Shown: positions 12,210-23,285 of the stretch, piece by piece
Numbering within the stretch: position 1 is the first letter of the stretch
How the letters are laid out: the number at the start of each line of letters is the position of its first letter
Source of the DNA: Octopus bimaculoides
Lineage: Eukaryota
Direction: 5' to 3'
NCBI RefSeq assembly: GCF_001194135.2
Contig: NC_068991.1
Span: 26,590,189-26,631,866, forward strand
DNA length: 41,678 nucleotides
Notes under the pieces: generated by a model
Seen by the model: the letters and a program-made list of their open reading frames with translations, nothing else
Databases searched by the model: none
Told to the model about the DNA's origin: nothing
Translations under genes and position numbers: made by a program

Positions 12210-13150
12210 ACAGGTGTATATGGGACTTGGTCTGCTCTCACGTTAATTCCGATTTCTTTGACATATTTCTCGAATTTTATTTTTAGTGCTCCGAGTGCTT
12301 CTGCAACTACTGAAATGACACACACTCCTCATAGTGCACATCCTTGCAATTTCGTCTTTTAGTAGTCTGTACTTTTCAATCTTTTCTAGTACTTTTCTTC
12401 TTATGTGTGCATCTCCAGGCATGGCAATATCTATGATCTCGGTTTCTTTTTTGCCTTTATGTACCACAACAATGTCTGGTCTCCGAGCAGCGATTACGGT
12501 GTTACTTTGGATAGTAAAATCTTACAGTATCTTCATGTTCCATGTTCTCGATGACTCCTGGTTCATATTCGTACCTTTTCCGTGCTTTGTTCATGTCGTA
12601 CTTTTCTCATAGCCTCCAGTGAACAAACCTAGCCGCGTTACCGTGCCTAGTTTTGTTAAGATTCTGGGTGAGCTTGCTTCATTCCCTCACAGTATGTGAG
12701 ATTGTTCGTTTCTGCTGCCACATATCCTACGAAGGGTCGATTCGCTCTTCTTATCTATTTGGAACTTGAAGTAATTAGTTCTCATAACTTGTTCCTGAGC
12801 ACTGCATATTAATGTTTCTGTGCATCCTTTCAGAACACTTTTTTTTAGCCATCTCTAAGTGTTCATCTTGCATTTTCTTCCAACCCTCCCTAAATATTGC
12901 CCACGCAGTGCGTTCATTTTCCAATTCCTTACTCTTTTCTAAGTGCATCGCATTTTCGGTAGGTATTATATTGTTAATTCTAAAATCAGCAAGCAAGTAT
13001 TCACTCTGCTGTTTGATGTAACATTCCAGATTGTTCTCATTGGCAACACAGGTCTTGCATACTATGAGACCTCTTCCAACCCAGTTACTAGGCACATACA
13101 ATCTGCCAGTATTGCTCTAGGGGTTGTAGTACCTTGTTAATTGTCATCAC
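12210..13150 (-). mobile_element. R4/Dong-like retrotransposon fragment, C-terminal part (post-RT to RLE), minus strand
   Basis: Minus-strand frames give VMTINKVLQP, RLYVPSNWVGRGLI, RPDIVVVHKGKKETEIIDIAMPGD, KIEKYRLLKDEIARM and ALGALKIKFEKYVKEIG. It ends at a (CA)n tract without the terminal LRK motif. Confidence 0.8.
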
Positions 13151-13575
13151 GGCCTAGTTTCAACAGTGGATATATTCAGTAAAGATATCGGAATAGTATT
13201 TAGGACTAAAATGTGTGGTATGCTTATAGTACAAAGAGACATATAGTGTTGTCTGATGGTGTAGAGCTACCCCATAACGAGAAAAATCAAGAATTTTTAA
13301 AGTGATGGATATAAATATCTGGGAAGTTTAGAATACCACAAATAAAACGGAAAGTGAAATGAAGGAAAACTTTATGCAAGAACATCCCAAAAGAACCATG
13401 TCAGTTAGATTCAATGGAATAAAACAAAATCAGGGCGATAAACACATGGGCTGTTTCTTTAATTCGATATGGCGCAGGTGTTGTCAGATGGACAAAAACG
13501 AACTTGAGGAAATGGACAGGAAAACCTGAAAAGTGATGAAAATTAACAAGAAACTACAAGCCAAAAGCGATTGTT
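13151..13575 (+). mobile_element. Inverted upstream segment of the same R4/Dong-like ORF (RT C-terminal part)
   Basis: Plus-strand frames give FSKDIGIVFRTKMCGMLIVQR, GYKYLG, AINTWAVSLIRYGAGVVRWTK and ELEEMDRKT*KVMKINKKLQAKSD. In an intact element this region immediately precedes the LYVP motif. Confidence 0.75.
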
Positions 13576-13699
13576 GTTGTTGATAATGATCATGCTTTAC
13601 AGAGTAATTCAGTTAACTGAATGTATCATTTTACTCACCCATTCGGGTGTTTTTTCTTAAAGATATTACAGGATTACCCGTGATTCATCCCTGCCTCAT

Positions 13700-15197
13700 T
13701 CGGTAATTAAAAAGGAAATATATATACACTATGCTTCACGTTTTTAACAGTATCCTCGGAAGGAGGAAACTTGTGGATGACATGAATAAGACATATGAAA
13801 CACAGAAACAAAATGCCGATGAATATAAGACTTACTGGAAATGTGATATTAAGTCCCATAATGCTTGAGTCCACACCATGATTCACGATGAAGATTATAC
13901 CATAATTAAGCTCGTTGGCGAACATCATCATAGTTCGTAAGCTTCAAAACCCAAAGTTCGCAAAACTTTAGCGGACCTAAATACAAAAGCAGCTACTTCC
14001 CGGGAATCTTCTCATTCATTAATTGCGATTATTTGTGTAAAGCTTGATGAAACCGAATTGGCTCATATGCCCTCGTCTTCGTGGATAATTTCGCAATATA
14101 GGGAACTGGCGTCAAGCAAAAGTAAGTGCCCTTCCAATCCCTCAGAGTCGATTTGCTTATGAAATAACCGATGAATACAAGTTCCTTGATAATGGCGCAC
14201 TTTTCTTGCAGTTTGATAGTAGTGGAACTGATGTAGACAGATTACTTATGTTTGCAATTGATAAATGTCTTGATAACTTAGTGAATGTAAAATACTGGGC
14301 AGGTGATGGAACTTGTATGTGCTTGCACCTATATTTTATCAGTTGTACACGCTTCATATTCAAGTGGGTTCGTTCAGTGTTCCGCAATTGTTTGCATTAC
14401 TTCCAGACAGGTAAACTAAATGAATTACGTGAAGAACTGAGCCATGAAAAGTATGTGAATTTGGCTTTAAGGAAAGATACCATCATGATAATGAGTTTAG
14501 CATTAAAACCAGATGATTTTCTGCGTTGACTTTTCTTCCTCTCGATGATATCACTGATGGATTTAAAGATCTTGTAGATGACGACGTTCTTCCGCAAGAA
14601 CTTGTGTCCTACTTTGAATTATCGTACATAGGATCCATGCGAGGTAGAGGAATTAGACAATGAAGAACTCTTTTGTTTCCCATTGATAGTTGGAATGTCC
14701 GCTTTGGAACAGAATCGGATATGCCTCGCACTAATAACCATTTAGAGGGATATTACAGCGTACTACAAAGTTCTTTGACTTGCACACATCCGAATCTATG
14801 GACATTAATTACTGCATTGAAAAGGGAAGAACACTTGGCCCAATTGAGAAAGGTTGAATTTGATTGAAGTGAGATCTCCGAGACCAAAAAAAACAAAAAA
14901 ACTATAAAGATATAAACAAACGGGCGCAGATAATCATTGAACGATATCGTCTCGAAAATAAAATGGATTTATTTATGAGCAATAGCTTATAACCTTCATC
15001 ATTATTGAATCGTTTAGTAATATTTCGAAGTATTTTTGTACTTTTTATTTTATCTTTATTTCAACTTTTTATTTTTTTCTAATATCGGGAATGAAATTAC
15101 CTGGAGTGAAATTGGCTGGCAGTCAAATTACTGAGGGTCAAATTACTGGAGTAAAAATACCGAGAGTGAAAGTACCAGGAGTCAATTACCAGCTACC
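13700..15197 (+). mobile_element. Decayed Mutator-like (MULE) DNA transposon
   Basis: Frames give LVGEHHH, RLLMFA...YWAGDGT (Asp at 14305-14307), LVSYFELSYIG and FPIDSWNV...PRTNNHLEGY...HPNLWTLITALKREE (14673-14867). Tandem 15-bp repeats at the right end; boundaries approximate. Confidence 0.72.
15087..15197. repeat. Minisatellite of seven ~15-bp units (consensus ~TGGAGTSAAATTACC)
   Basis: gggaatgaaattacc / tggagtgaaattggc / tggcagtcaaattac / tgagggtcaaattac / tggagtaaaaatacc / gagagtgaaagtacc / aggagtcaattacc. Confidence 0.85.
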
Positions 15198-15569
15198 ATA
15201 TACATAGTAGGTGTAACATCTTTTATCTTTCATTCATTCATCACTGGTTCGGGTTCACATTGCATGCTCAATGGTGAAAGTTGTTATACTTATCAGGAGT
15301 TTATCTTTGGCAATCAGTAGAAGATACTGCATGAACTGCTAAAAGACACCCGCAGCATCCACCGATAGGTCTCAGCTACCTAAAAGGCACAGGTTTTTAT
15401 ATGACATGCTGTGAAGCTGCTTATTTTCCTATACGAATTTATGTACTCGTACCCATCAACGTGGGAACAGTGAACAGAGGATATAAGCCATTTCCTAACA
15501 AACAATGCAGAGGAATGTATTCCCAACAGGAAAATGGAGAAATGATCAATATATATATAGAGAGAGAGA

Positions 15570-15972
15570 GGAGCAGGTGTGGTTTTCCGGTAAGAAGTTT
15601 GTTTCGGAACCGCGTGGTTGGGGTTTCAGTCCCATAGCGTGGGATCATAGGCAAGTGTATTCTACTATAATCTCGGCCCGATTAAAATCTCATGGGTAGA
15701 TTTCGTAGAGGGAAACTGAAAAAAGTCCGTCGTATATGTGTGGGTGTATGTATATGCATGTCTTTGTGCTTTCCGCTACCGCAGCTTGACAGCAGGTGTT
15801 GGTGTGCTTTCGTCCCCGTAACTTAGCAGTTCGGCAAAAAGATAGCGATGAAAAATGTATCAGACTTCAGAAAATAAATACTGGTGCCAATTCGTTCGAG
15901 TAAAACATTTTGAAGGTGAGGTCCCTGTATGACTGCAATCTAATCACTGAAAGAAGTAAAAGAGGTAAAAGA
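15570..15972 (+). mobile_element. SINE family 1, complete but diverged copy
   Basis: Colinear with 10360-10740 from the tRNA-like head (GGAGCAGGTGTGG...GGTTTCAGTCCC) to the TAAAAGA-like tail. Confidence 0.8.
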
Positions 15973-16029
15973 TTAGGCCCATATCAGACCTAGCATGCTA
16001 TTTTAATTAAAAAGAAGCTCTTCAGCAAT

Positions 16030-16875
16030 GGGAGCGGCACGAAATATTCGTTCTGTTTTTGAAACTGATGGCTGTAAGTGTAGTTTGAGCGGTTTATTGG
16101 GAAAATTTTTCTCTCGCTACTTTTCAATCTGGACGCCCAACGTCTGTTAATATTGAAAATCTGAAAATTGCAATTGAGCAAGATCCAAAGCAAACTGCAC
16201 GGCAATTAGGAAAGTAGTTCAACTTAAATCACACTTTGGAAAATATTTAAACTGTTTCAGTGGCTCCCTCCCCATTATATGACTGCTTCTCAGCTCTATC
16301 AAAAGGATGTCTTTTGATCGTTATTGACGATTAGTCTTTGTACCAAACAATTCCAGGTTAGAATCAACACAGGTGATGAAAACTCTCTTCTCTATAATCA
16401 TAATCAGCTACAATGGTTAGTATCCACTGTAAAAGAATGCGTCCCCAACCCAAACTACATCCGAAAATAAGATATAATCTCTGTTTTACGGAATAAGAAA
16501 GGTATCTCCTGTCATAAATGTAAAGAGAAAACGAAGGATTTACTGCGAGGAGGTATCCTTGTAATTGAAAGAATTGAAGAAAGAAATGCAGTAGAAGAGC
16601 TACTCATCGATCACTTGTAAAGGGGTGTTTCTCTTACGCCATAATGCAAGACCACATATTGGTCAAGAAAAAAATTATGGATCACTTTACCTTACCATAT
16701 CTTACATTTTTAAAGATCATCGCAAAATTATTTAGAGCATGTTAATTGTGAAGGGGTTAAAAATCATATTGAGATTTTCTTTACTTCGGAACCTGAAGAA
16801 TTTTATGCCTGAGGGATCAACAATTTCACAAACAGATGGGACTATGTACTCAGTAATGAAGGAAAATATCATCAA
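16030..16875 (+). pseudogene. mariner-family transposase relic
   Basis: Broken frames: AARNIRSVF, SGRPTSVNIENLKIAIEQDPKQTARQLG, INTGDE (D1), KLHPK, HNARPH (D2 region) and the C-terminal FY..GI...[12 protein letters not shown]. No TIRs recognised. Confidence 0.7.
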
Positions 16876-16924
16876 TTAAGACCAAAGAACCACTTGTTAG
16901 TCTTTATTTGCAAACATATAAATA

Positions 16925-17160
16925 TACCTACCTACCTACCTACCTACCTACCTACCTACCTACCTATACACAGACCTACCTACCTTCTTACCTACCTACC
17001 TACCTACCTACCTATCTACCTACCTACTTACCTACCTACCTACCTACCTTCCTACCTACCTACCAACTTACCTACCTACCTACCTACCTACCTTCCTACC
17101 TATACACCCACCCACCCACCTACATACATACATACATACATACATACTTACCTACTTACC
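16925..17160. repeat. (TACC)n/(TACA)n tetranucleotide microsatellite
   Basis: Directly visible; source of the YLPT-repeat ORFs 16894..17175 and 16908..17255. Confidence 0.95.
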
Positions 17161-17639
17161 TGGATAGATACATGAAAACATACTGTGTGTATAAGTGTGC
17201 GCGCGTGAGTATGTATGTGCATGTATGTGTATGTCAACGGATGTGTATGTTATAAGTTTCATTGTACAGTTCTTCAGATTGGACACCGTACTCTTTCTAG
17301 ACAAGAAAATTATAATAATTGATTTTAACATTACAGTTGAATGAGATGCAGGCTAAAAGATAAAGCAGCCTATCACTTCCATTACATATAAATATAAGAT
17401 TTTTGGAGTGTCGTTTGGATATCGCAAATGAAGTGTTGTAGTATTTCTTCTGTAAGTTCAGATCTGAATCACACTGAAGTTACATTAACCTTTCACTGGG
17501 AGTCGGAAAAAATGATTTTGCAGTTTCGTTATGAGGCCATTAGGAAATTTAAAAATACACAGAAATATATATGCATAAGTATACGTGTGCGCACGCATGT
17601 ATGTGTAAACGTTCATGCGCTTGTCCCTGTCTGCGCGCG

Positions 17640-17703
<64 letters not shown>

Positions 17704-18100
17704 TAAGGGATCAGCAACAGGTTGCTTCACCACATACCGAAGTTCAGAAATAGCAGCTAAAATGCTGAAAACTCCAACAGATGGCTAGTTTAGATCGTTA
17801 TTTTTCTTCTTGTTTTGCCTATGTGAGTTGCAGGTAATTGCTATCTGTTNNNNNNNNNNNNNNNNNNNNNNNNNNNNNNNNNNNNNNNNNNNNNNNNNNN
17901 NNNNNNNNNNNNNNNNNNNNNNNNNNNNNNNNNNNNNNNNNNNNNNNNNNNNNNNNNNNNNNNNNNNNNNNNNNNNNNNNNNNNNNNNNNNNNNNNNNNN
18001 NNNNNNNNNNNNNNNNNNNNNNNNNNNNNNNNNNNNNNNNNNNNNNNNNNNNNNNNNNNNNNNNNNNNNNNNNNNNNNNNNNNNNNNNNNNNNNNNNNAT

Positions 18101-18131
<31 letters not shown>

Positions 18132-18249
18132 CATATATACATATACACACATATATACATCCATACATATATGTAAACATATACACATATATACATACAT
18201 GCACATATGTATGCGAATATAGCATACATTTATAGATATGCGTCTTTTT

Positions 18250-18452
18250 ATGTGTCTTCTCTATGACCACGTAAGAATCAGTGTTGGTTTGTTCATGCCC
18301 CCTTAACAGCACAGTTCGACAGGTGGGTTGAATAGAGTAATTACCAGGTTTACAGAAATATAAGTTCTGGGATCGTTTCTTTAGACTAAAGTCCTTGAAA
18401 GGCGGTAAACTAACACGGTTGTAGCCCATAAACTGAAACAAGTAAAAGATAA
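18250..18452 (+). mobile_element. SINE family 1, 3' half (5' half lost in or before the TA-flanked gap)
   Basis: Homologous to 10560-10735 (…gttcgacag…aaggcggt…actgaaacaagtaaaagat). Confidence 0.7.
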
Positions 18453-18493
18453 TATACGTGTGCCTTTGTGTGTGTGTGTGGGGGGGGTATATA

Positions 18494-19773
18494 CAGGTGT
18501 TGGACAAAATAGTGGAAACACCTAGCGTAATAGCATCAAAATTTTGACTTATCTATAAAACTGTCAAAAGCTTGTTTATCTTTTATGTTTTTTGATTTAT
18601 TGTTAGTGTTGCTTAATATGTTTTGCAAAAATCTCTGTTTCTTTTCAGTTATCATCAGAAAACGTTAATTAATATTCATTAAACTGATAGATCTATCGGA
18701 CATTCAAACAGGTCAGATTGTTGGTGTTCCTATGGCAGGCGCTAGCATGACGAAAACAACCGAAATGTTTGGTGTAACAAGAAGTACTGTCTCGAAAGTA
18801 ATGACGGCCTTTGAGAAAGAGGGAAAAACCTCCTCGTCGAAATAAAACTCCGGAAGAACACCAAAACTTTGAACCGTCGGACTCTTACGCGAATTGTTGG
18901 AAGGAATCACAAAATTACAGCTCCGAAAATTACTGCAGAGCTTAATGGCGACTTTGAGAACCCGGTTTCCACAAAAAAAAAAAAAATGTTCACCGGGAGC
19001 TGCACAAAGCCGGATTTTGCGAGCGGGATGCAATCAGAAAGCCACTACTTTCAAAAACAAACATTGCAAAGCGTTTAGAGTGGAGTATAAACCTACTGAA
19101 TTGGTCCCAAGCGCAGTGGAAGAATGTTATTTTATCGGACAAGTCATTCTTTACCGTATTTTCGATCAGCGGCCGAGCATACGCGTGGAGACAGTCAAAT
19201 GCAGTGTTTGACCCAGATTGCCTTCATCCAAATGTTAAACATGTAGTAGGATCTGTGATTATCTGGGGGGGGGGGGCTATATCTTGGAAATCCGCCGGCC
19301 CATTGGTTTCCTCCATGGCAGAATTAATAGTCAAGTCTGTTTAAGCATTTTATCTGATCAAATTCATCCTATGGTTACGGACGTGTTTCCGGAGGGAAAC
19401 GCAATCTTTCAGGATGATAATGTACCAATCACACAGCTAAAGTTGTTACTGAATGGCACGAGGAACAGTCTAGTGAAGTTGAACATCTTATCTAGCCGCT
19501 ACGGTTCCCAGATCTCAATATTCTTGAACACCTATGGTGCATTTTAGAAAAAACAAGTAAGAGGTTGATATCGTCCACCATCATCAATACAAGAACTGGA
19601 GACTGTTGTAGCTGAAGAATGAACAAAAATTCCTTTGGAAACAATTCGAATTTTGTACGAATCCATACCTCGTAGAATTCAAGCTGTAATTATTGCCAAA
19701 GGTGGTCGTACCCCATATTAAGATAAATTTGTTTGAACTTTGAAGGTGTTTCCATTATTCTGTCCAAACCCTG
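18494..19773 (+). mobile_element. Full-length (1280 bp) decayed Tc1-family transposon
   Basis: TA at 18492-18493 and 19774-19775. 30-bp TIRs: caggtgttggacaaaatagtggaaacacct versus reverse complement cagggtttggacagaataatggaaacacct (26/30). Transposase pieces: QIVGVPMAGASMTKTTEMFGVTRSTVSKVM, SGRTPKL, RRTLTRIV, SDKSFF (D1), FQDDN (D2) and PDLNILEHLW (E). Confidence 0.92.
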
Positions 19774-20224
19774 TATGTATGTATGCGTGTGTGGGTGTGC
19801 GTGTTATCTATTTATGCATATATATGTGTGTGTGTGTGTGTGTGCGCGCGCGCGTTTGTATATATTATTACTCGTCTATTTTTTGCATATTTGCAATACT
19901 TAACATTGGTGTTATCTTCTCTTGCCGATAAATAAAAACTAAACATATCACACACTATTTTAGTACATTGTTTAAACATAGTATCCACGCCTTCCTTAAT
20001 TTGAAAGACACACACATTAAAAATCAATATATCATTACACTGTGTTTCTTCGAAAATATTTCTTAGTTATATTTCTATTGGAAATAAATATCCATTTGAA
20101 CAACCTAGAAATAATGAATACAATTAGGACACTGTTAACAAAACAATATCCTTCAGTTTTCATCATCGCATATGTTTTATTTCTGCTCAGTTTTGTTTGT
20201 TGGTTCTCTTCTGTGCACTTTTCC

Positions 20225-20577
<353 letters not shown>

Positions 20578-21149
20578 NNNNNNNNNNNNNNNNNNNNNNN
20601 NNNNNNNNNNNNNNNNNNNNNNNNNNNNNNNNNNNNNNNNNNNNNNNNNNNNNNNNNNNNNNNNNNNNNNNNNNNNNNNNNNNNNNNNNNNNNNNNNNNN
20701 NNNNNNNNNNNNNNNNNNNNNNNNNNNNNNNNNNNNNNNNATATTGATTTACTAATAGATATTTTCAACGTATTTAGAAAAAGAATATATCATATAAAAA
20801 GAAAGATCAGTAAGATAGAACATAAAAGACTTGTCTTAGATGCTGCGAAAGTACATAAGAAAATAGTTGAAAGAAATAAATTTGCAAGAAATAATTGAAC
20901 ATACGTGCATAAAATAATGATTCAACTTTGTGGTTTACGCAGTTAAACTTATTTCCATAGATAAACACTGACAGTTACGCCATGTTAAATGCTTACAAAT
21001 TCGATGACGGCTCCTCGGTGGATATTAACAAAAAAGCCACCCTTTTTAATTTGTTGTTTACAGTTTTACCATTTTGAAAATCAGCACCCATTTTTAACGG
21101 TTTTTTCTTATAAGAGTGACAGAGGTAGCTGAGTTTACCCCATAGATGT

Positions 21150-21210
21150 TATAAGCCGCTGATAAGGATTAAGATGGTCAACATCAAAATCCGAAATTGC
21201 GACCCGATTA
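21150..21210 (+). ncRNA. Type I hammerhead ribozyme (repeat unit 1; core mutated, probably inactive)
   Basis: Same fold. The core reads CUGAUAA (21158-64, G8>A), stem II is identical apart from the loop, GAAA is at 21192-95, and the triplet reads ACC rather than AUC (U16.1>C at 21202). Confidence 0.65.
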
Positions 21211-21476
21211 TGTACGCTGGAGACTTACCCAACTTCGTCAGTCAGTAAGACAGAGATTTTGTGGCTTTTGAGTTATTTTAACTCTTATCTTTAGCAAAAC
21301 GGTGTTTGTTAGTACACTCTGTCACTTTTCTGACCTCTATTAATTTTGCCTTTATGTTCTAATTGCTAATAAGCCATCTTTTCTAATTTGTTCTTTACAC
21401 TTTTACCGTTTTGAAAATAAGCACACGTTTTCAACGGTTTTTCTTATAAGATTAACAGAAGTAGTTGAGTTTAACC

Positions 21477-21536
21477 GTAGCCGCTGATGAGGATTAAGAT
21501 GGTCTACATCAAAATCCGAAATTGAGATCCAGCTAT
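21477..21536 (+). ncRNA. Type I hammerhead ribozyme (repeat unit 2; core intact)
   Basis: Stem I GUAGCCG (21477-83) / CAGCUAU (21530-36), 6 of 7 pairs. Core CUGAUGA 21484-90. Stem II GGAUU/AAUCC, 2x2 A loop, GAUG/CAUC, loop GUCUA. GAAA 21518-21. Minimal stem III AU-UGAG-AU. AUC triplet 21527-29, predicted cleavage after 21529. Confidence 0.78.
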
Positions 21537-21658
21537 ATACGCTGGGGTCTTACCACCCTTTGTCAGTTAGTAAGGCATATTTCGTGGCTTTTGAGATAAT
21601 TTTACTCTTATTTTTTAGCAAAAGCGGTTCTAATCAGTATCCTCTGTAAATGTTGTGG

Positions 21659-21734
<76 letters not shown>

Positions 21735-22404
21735 NNNNNNNNNNNNNNNNNNNNNNNNNNNNNNNNNNNNNNNNNNNNNNNNNNNNNNNNNNNNNNNNNN
21801 NNNNNNNNNNNNNNNNNNNNNNNNNNNNNNNNNNNNNNNNNNNNNNNNNNNNNNNNNNNNNNNNNNNNNNNNNNNNNNNNNNNNNNNNNNNNNNNNNNNN
21901 NNNNNNNNNNNNNNNNNNNNNNNNNNNNNNNNNNNNNNNNNNNNNNNNNNNNNNNNNNNNNNNNNNNNNNNNNNNNNNNNNNNNNNNNNNNNNNNNNNNN
22001 NNNNNNNNNNNNNNNNNNNNNNNNNNNNNNNNNNNNNNNNNNNNNNNNNNNNNNNNNNNNNNNNNNNNNNNNNNNNNNNNNNNNNNNNNNNNNNNNNNNN
22101 NNNNNNNNNNNNNNNNNNNNNNNNNNNNNNNNNNNNNNNNNNNNNNNNNNNNNNNNNNNNNNNNNNNNNNNNNNNNNNNNNNNNNNNNNNNNNNNNNNNN
22201 NNNNNNNNNNNNNNNNNNNNNNNNNNNNNNNNNNNNNNNNNNNNNNNNNNNNNNNNNNNNNNNNNNNNNNNNNNNNNNNNNNNNNNNNNNNNNNNNNNNN
22301 NNNNNNNNNNNNNNNNNNNNNNNNNNNNNNNNNNNNNNNNNNNNNNNNNNNNNNNNNNNNNNNNNNNNNNNNNNNNNNNNNNNNNNNNNNNNNNNNNNNN
22401 NNNN
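21735..22404. other. Assembly gap (largest of ten N-runs)
   Basis: N-runs at 10120-10359, 17850-18098, 20578-20740, 21735-22404, 23665-23674, 27191-27200, 29865-30390, 32150-32552, 35107-35238 and 38599-38691. Most abut (TA)n tracts. Confidence 0.99.
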
Positions 22405-22453
<49 letters not shown>

Positions 22454-22885
22454 GTATGTATGTATGTATGTATTGTTAATATTTTTGGGCTAATGTGATT
22501 AAATGTTGAGTAGGGCGCTGGTACAGTTTACGCTACCTGGTGTCCTCCTCAGTCGTGGTATGCGTTCGTTGGATCTACTTCAGAAACTCTGCAGCGTCAG
22601 GGTGGTTATATAAATTTAGTAACGAGAAGATAGATTAGGTATTAAACTTTTTTCTCTACAATGTTCGTTCGAGCTACCCAGCTATTGTCCCCTATGTGTT
22701 GGACTCTGTTCAGCGTGTGTCACATAGGTTTTGCAGTCTGGGCCTCATCAAGTATATTGATAGATAAAGATGCGTTTTACTAAAGATCTTGAGTGTCAGC
22801 TGTCATGTGGTTATATACCCATCTAGTTAGGGAATGAGTAATATGCGACATACTGTAACTGTTAAAAGGATTCTCGGACATCAAT

Positions 22886-23285
22886 GAGAGGAATTTTCGC
22901 CATGGAAACTGCAGTGAATTTGCCTTTTAGCAGTTAAAATATGTCACACATATTCTTTAAATAACTTAAAATTTGCTCATGCCGAAACACTGAGTGACGC
23001 TCAAGTTGCGGTAACTTCCGCGGCCTCAGCGGTCAATTGGCGCAAATCAATGTTCTTCACTGTATTTTATTTAAAGCTTCAATAAGGTCTATCCAGAGAA
23101 GCCTCTCTTAGGCATTTCCCATTCTTAACGGCTAGACAGCTGGAAACATATATGAGAATCCGTACTCTAGGCGACACGGGACAGATAAGGTGGTTTTACG
23201 TCTTTGAACCATAACAGAGAATTTTTCTCCGTAGTAACTGCGGTGAAATTGCTTTTTCGTAGTTGAAATATGTCACAAACATATT
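22886..23285. repeat. Pair of ~70-bp diverged direct repeats, 329 bp apart
   Basis: gagaggaattttcgccatggaaactgcagtgaatttgccttttagcagttaaaatatgtcacacatatt (22886-22954) versus cagagaatttttctccgtagtaactgcggtgaaattgctttttcgtagttgaaatatgtcacaaacatatt (23215-23285). Confidence 0.75.

Larger units (their letters stand above)
21030..21645 (+). repeat. Two-copy diverged tandem repeat, unit ~326-337 bp, each unit containing a hammerhead motif (putative non-LTR retrozyme)
   Basis: ttttaccattttgaaaatcagcac (21064) aligns with ttttaccgttttgaaaataagcac (21401). The similarity continues through ccgctgat..ggattaagatggtc.acatcaaaatccgaaattg and gtggcttttgag..ttactcttat..ttagcaaaa to about 21320 and 21645. 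Confidence 0.9.

Noticed and set aside
15087-15197. CRISPR-like appearance of regularly spaced short repeats
   Set aside because: Units are contiguous without unique spacers, the context is eukaryotic and no cas genes are present.
21205-21250. Minus-strand CUGACGA followed by a short GUUGG/CCAGC stem, overlapping a GGTAAGT splice-donor-like motif
   Set aside because: No GAAA after the stem, and unit 2 reads CUGACAA. No open frame is conserved upstream of the donor-like motif in both units.
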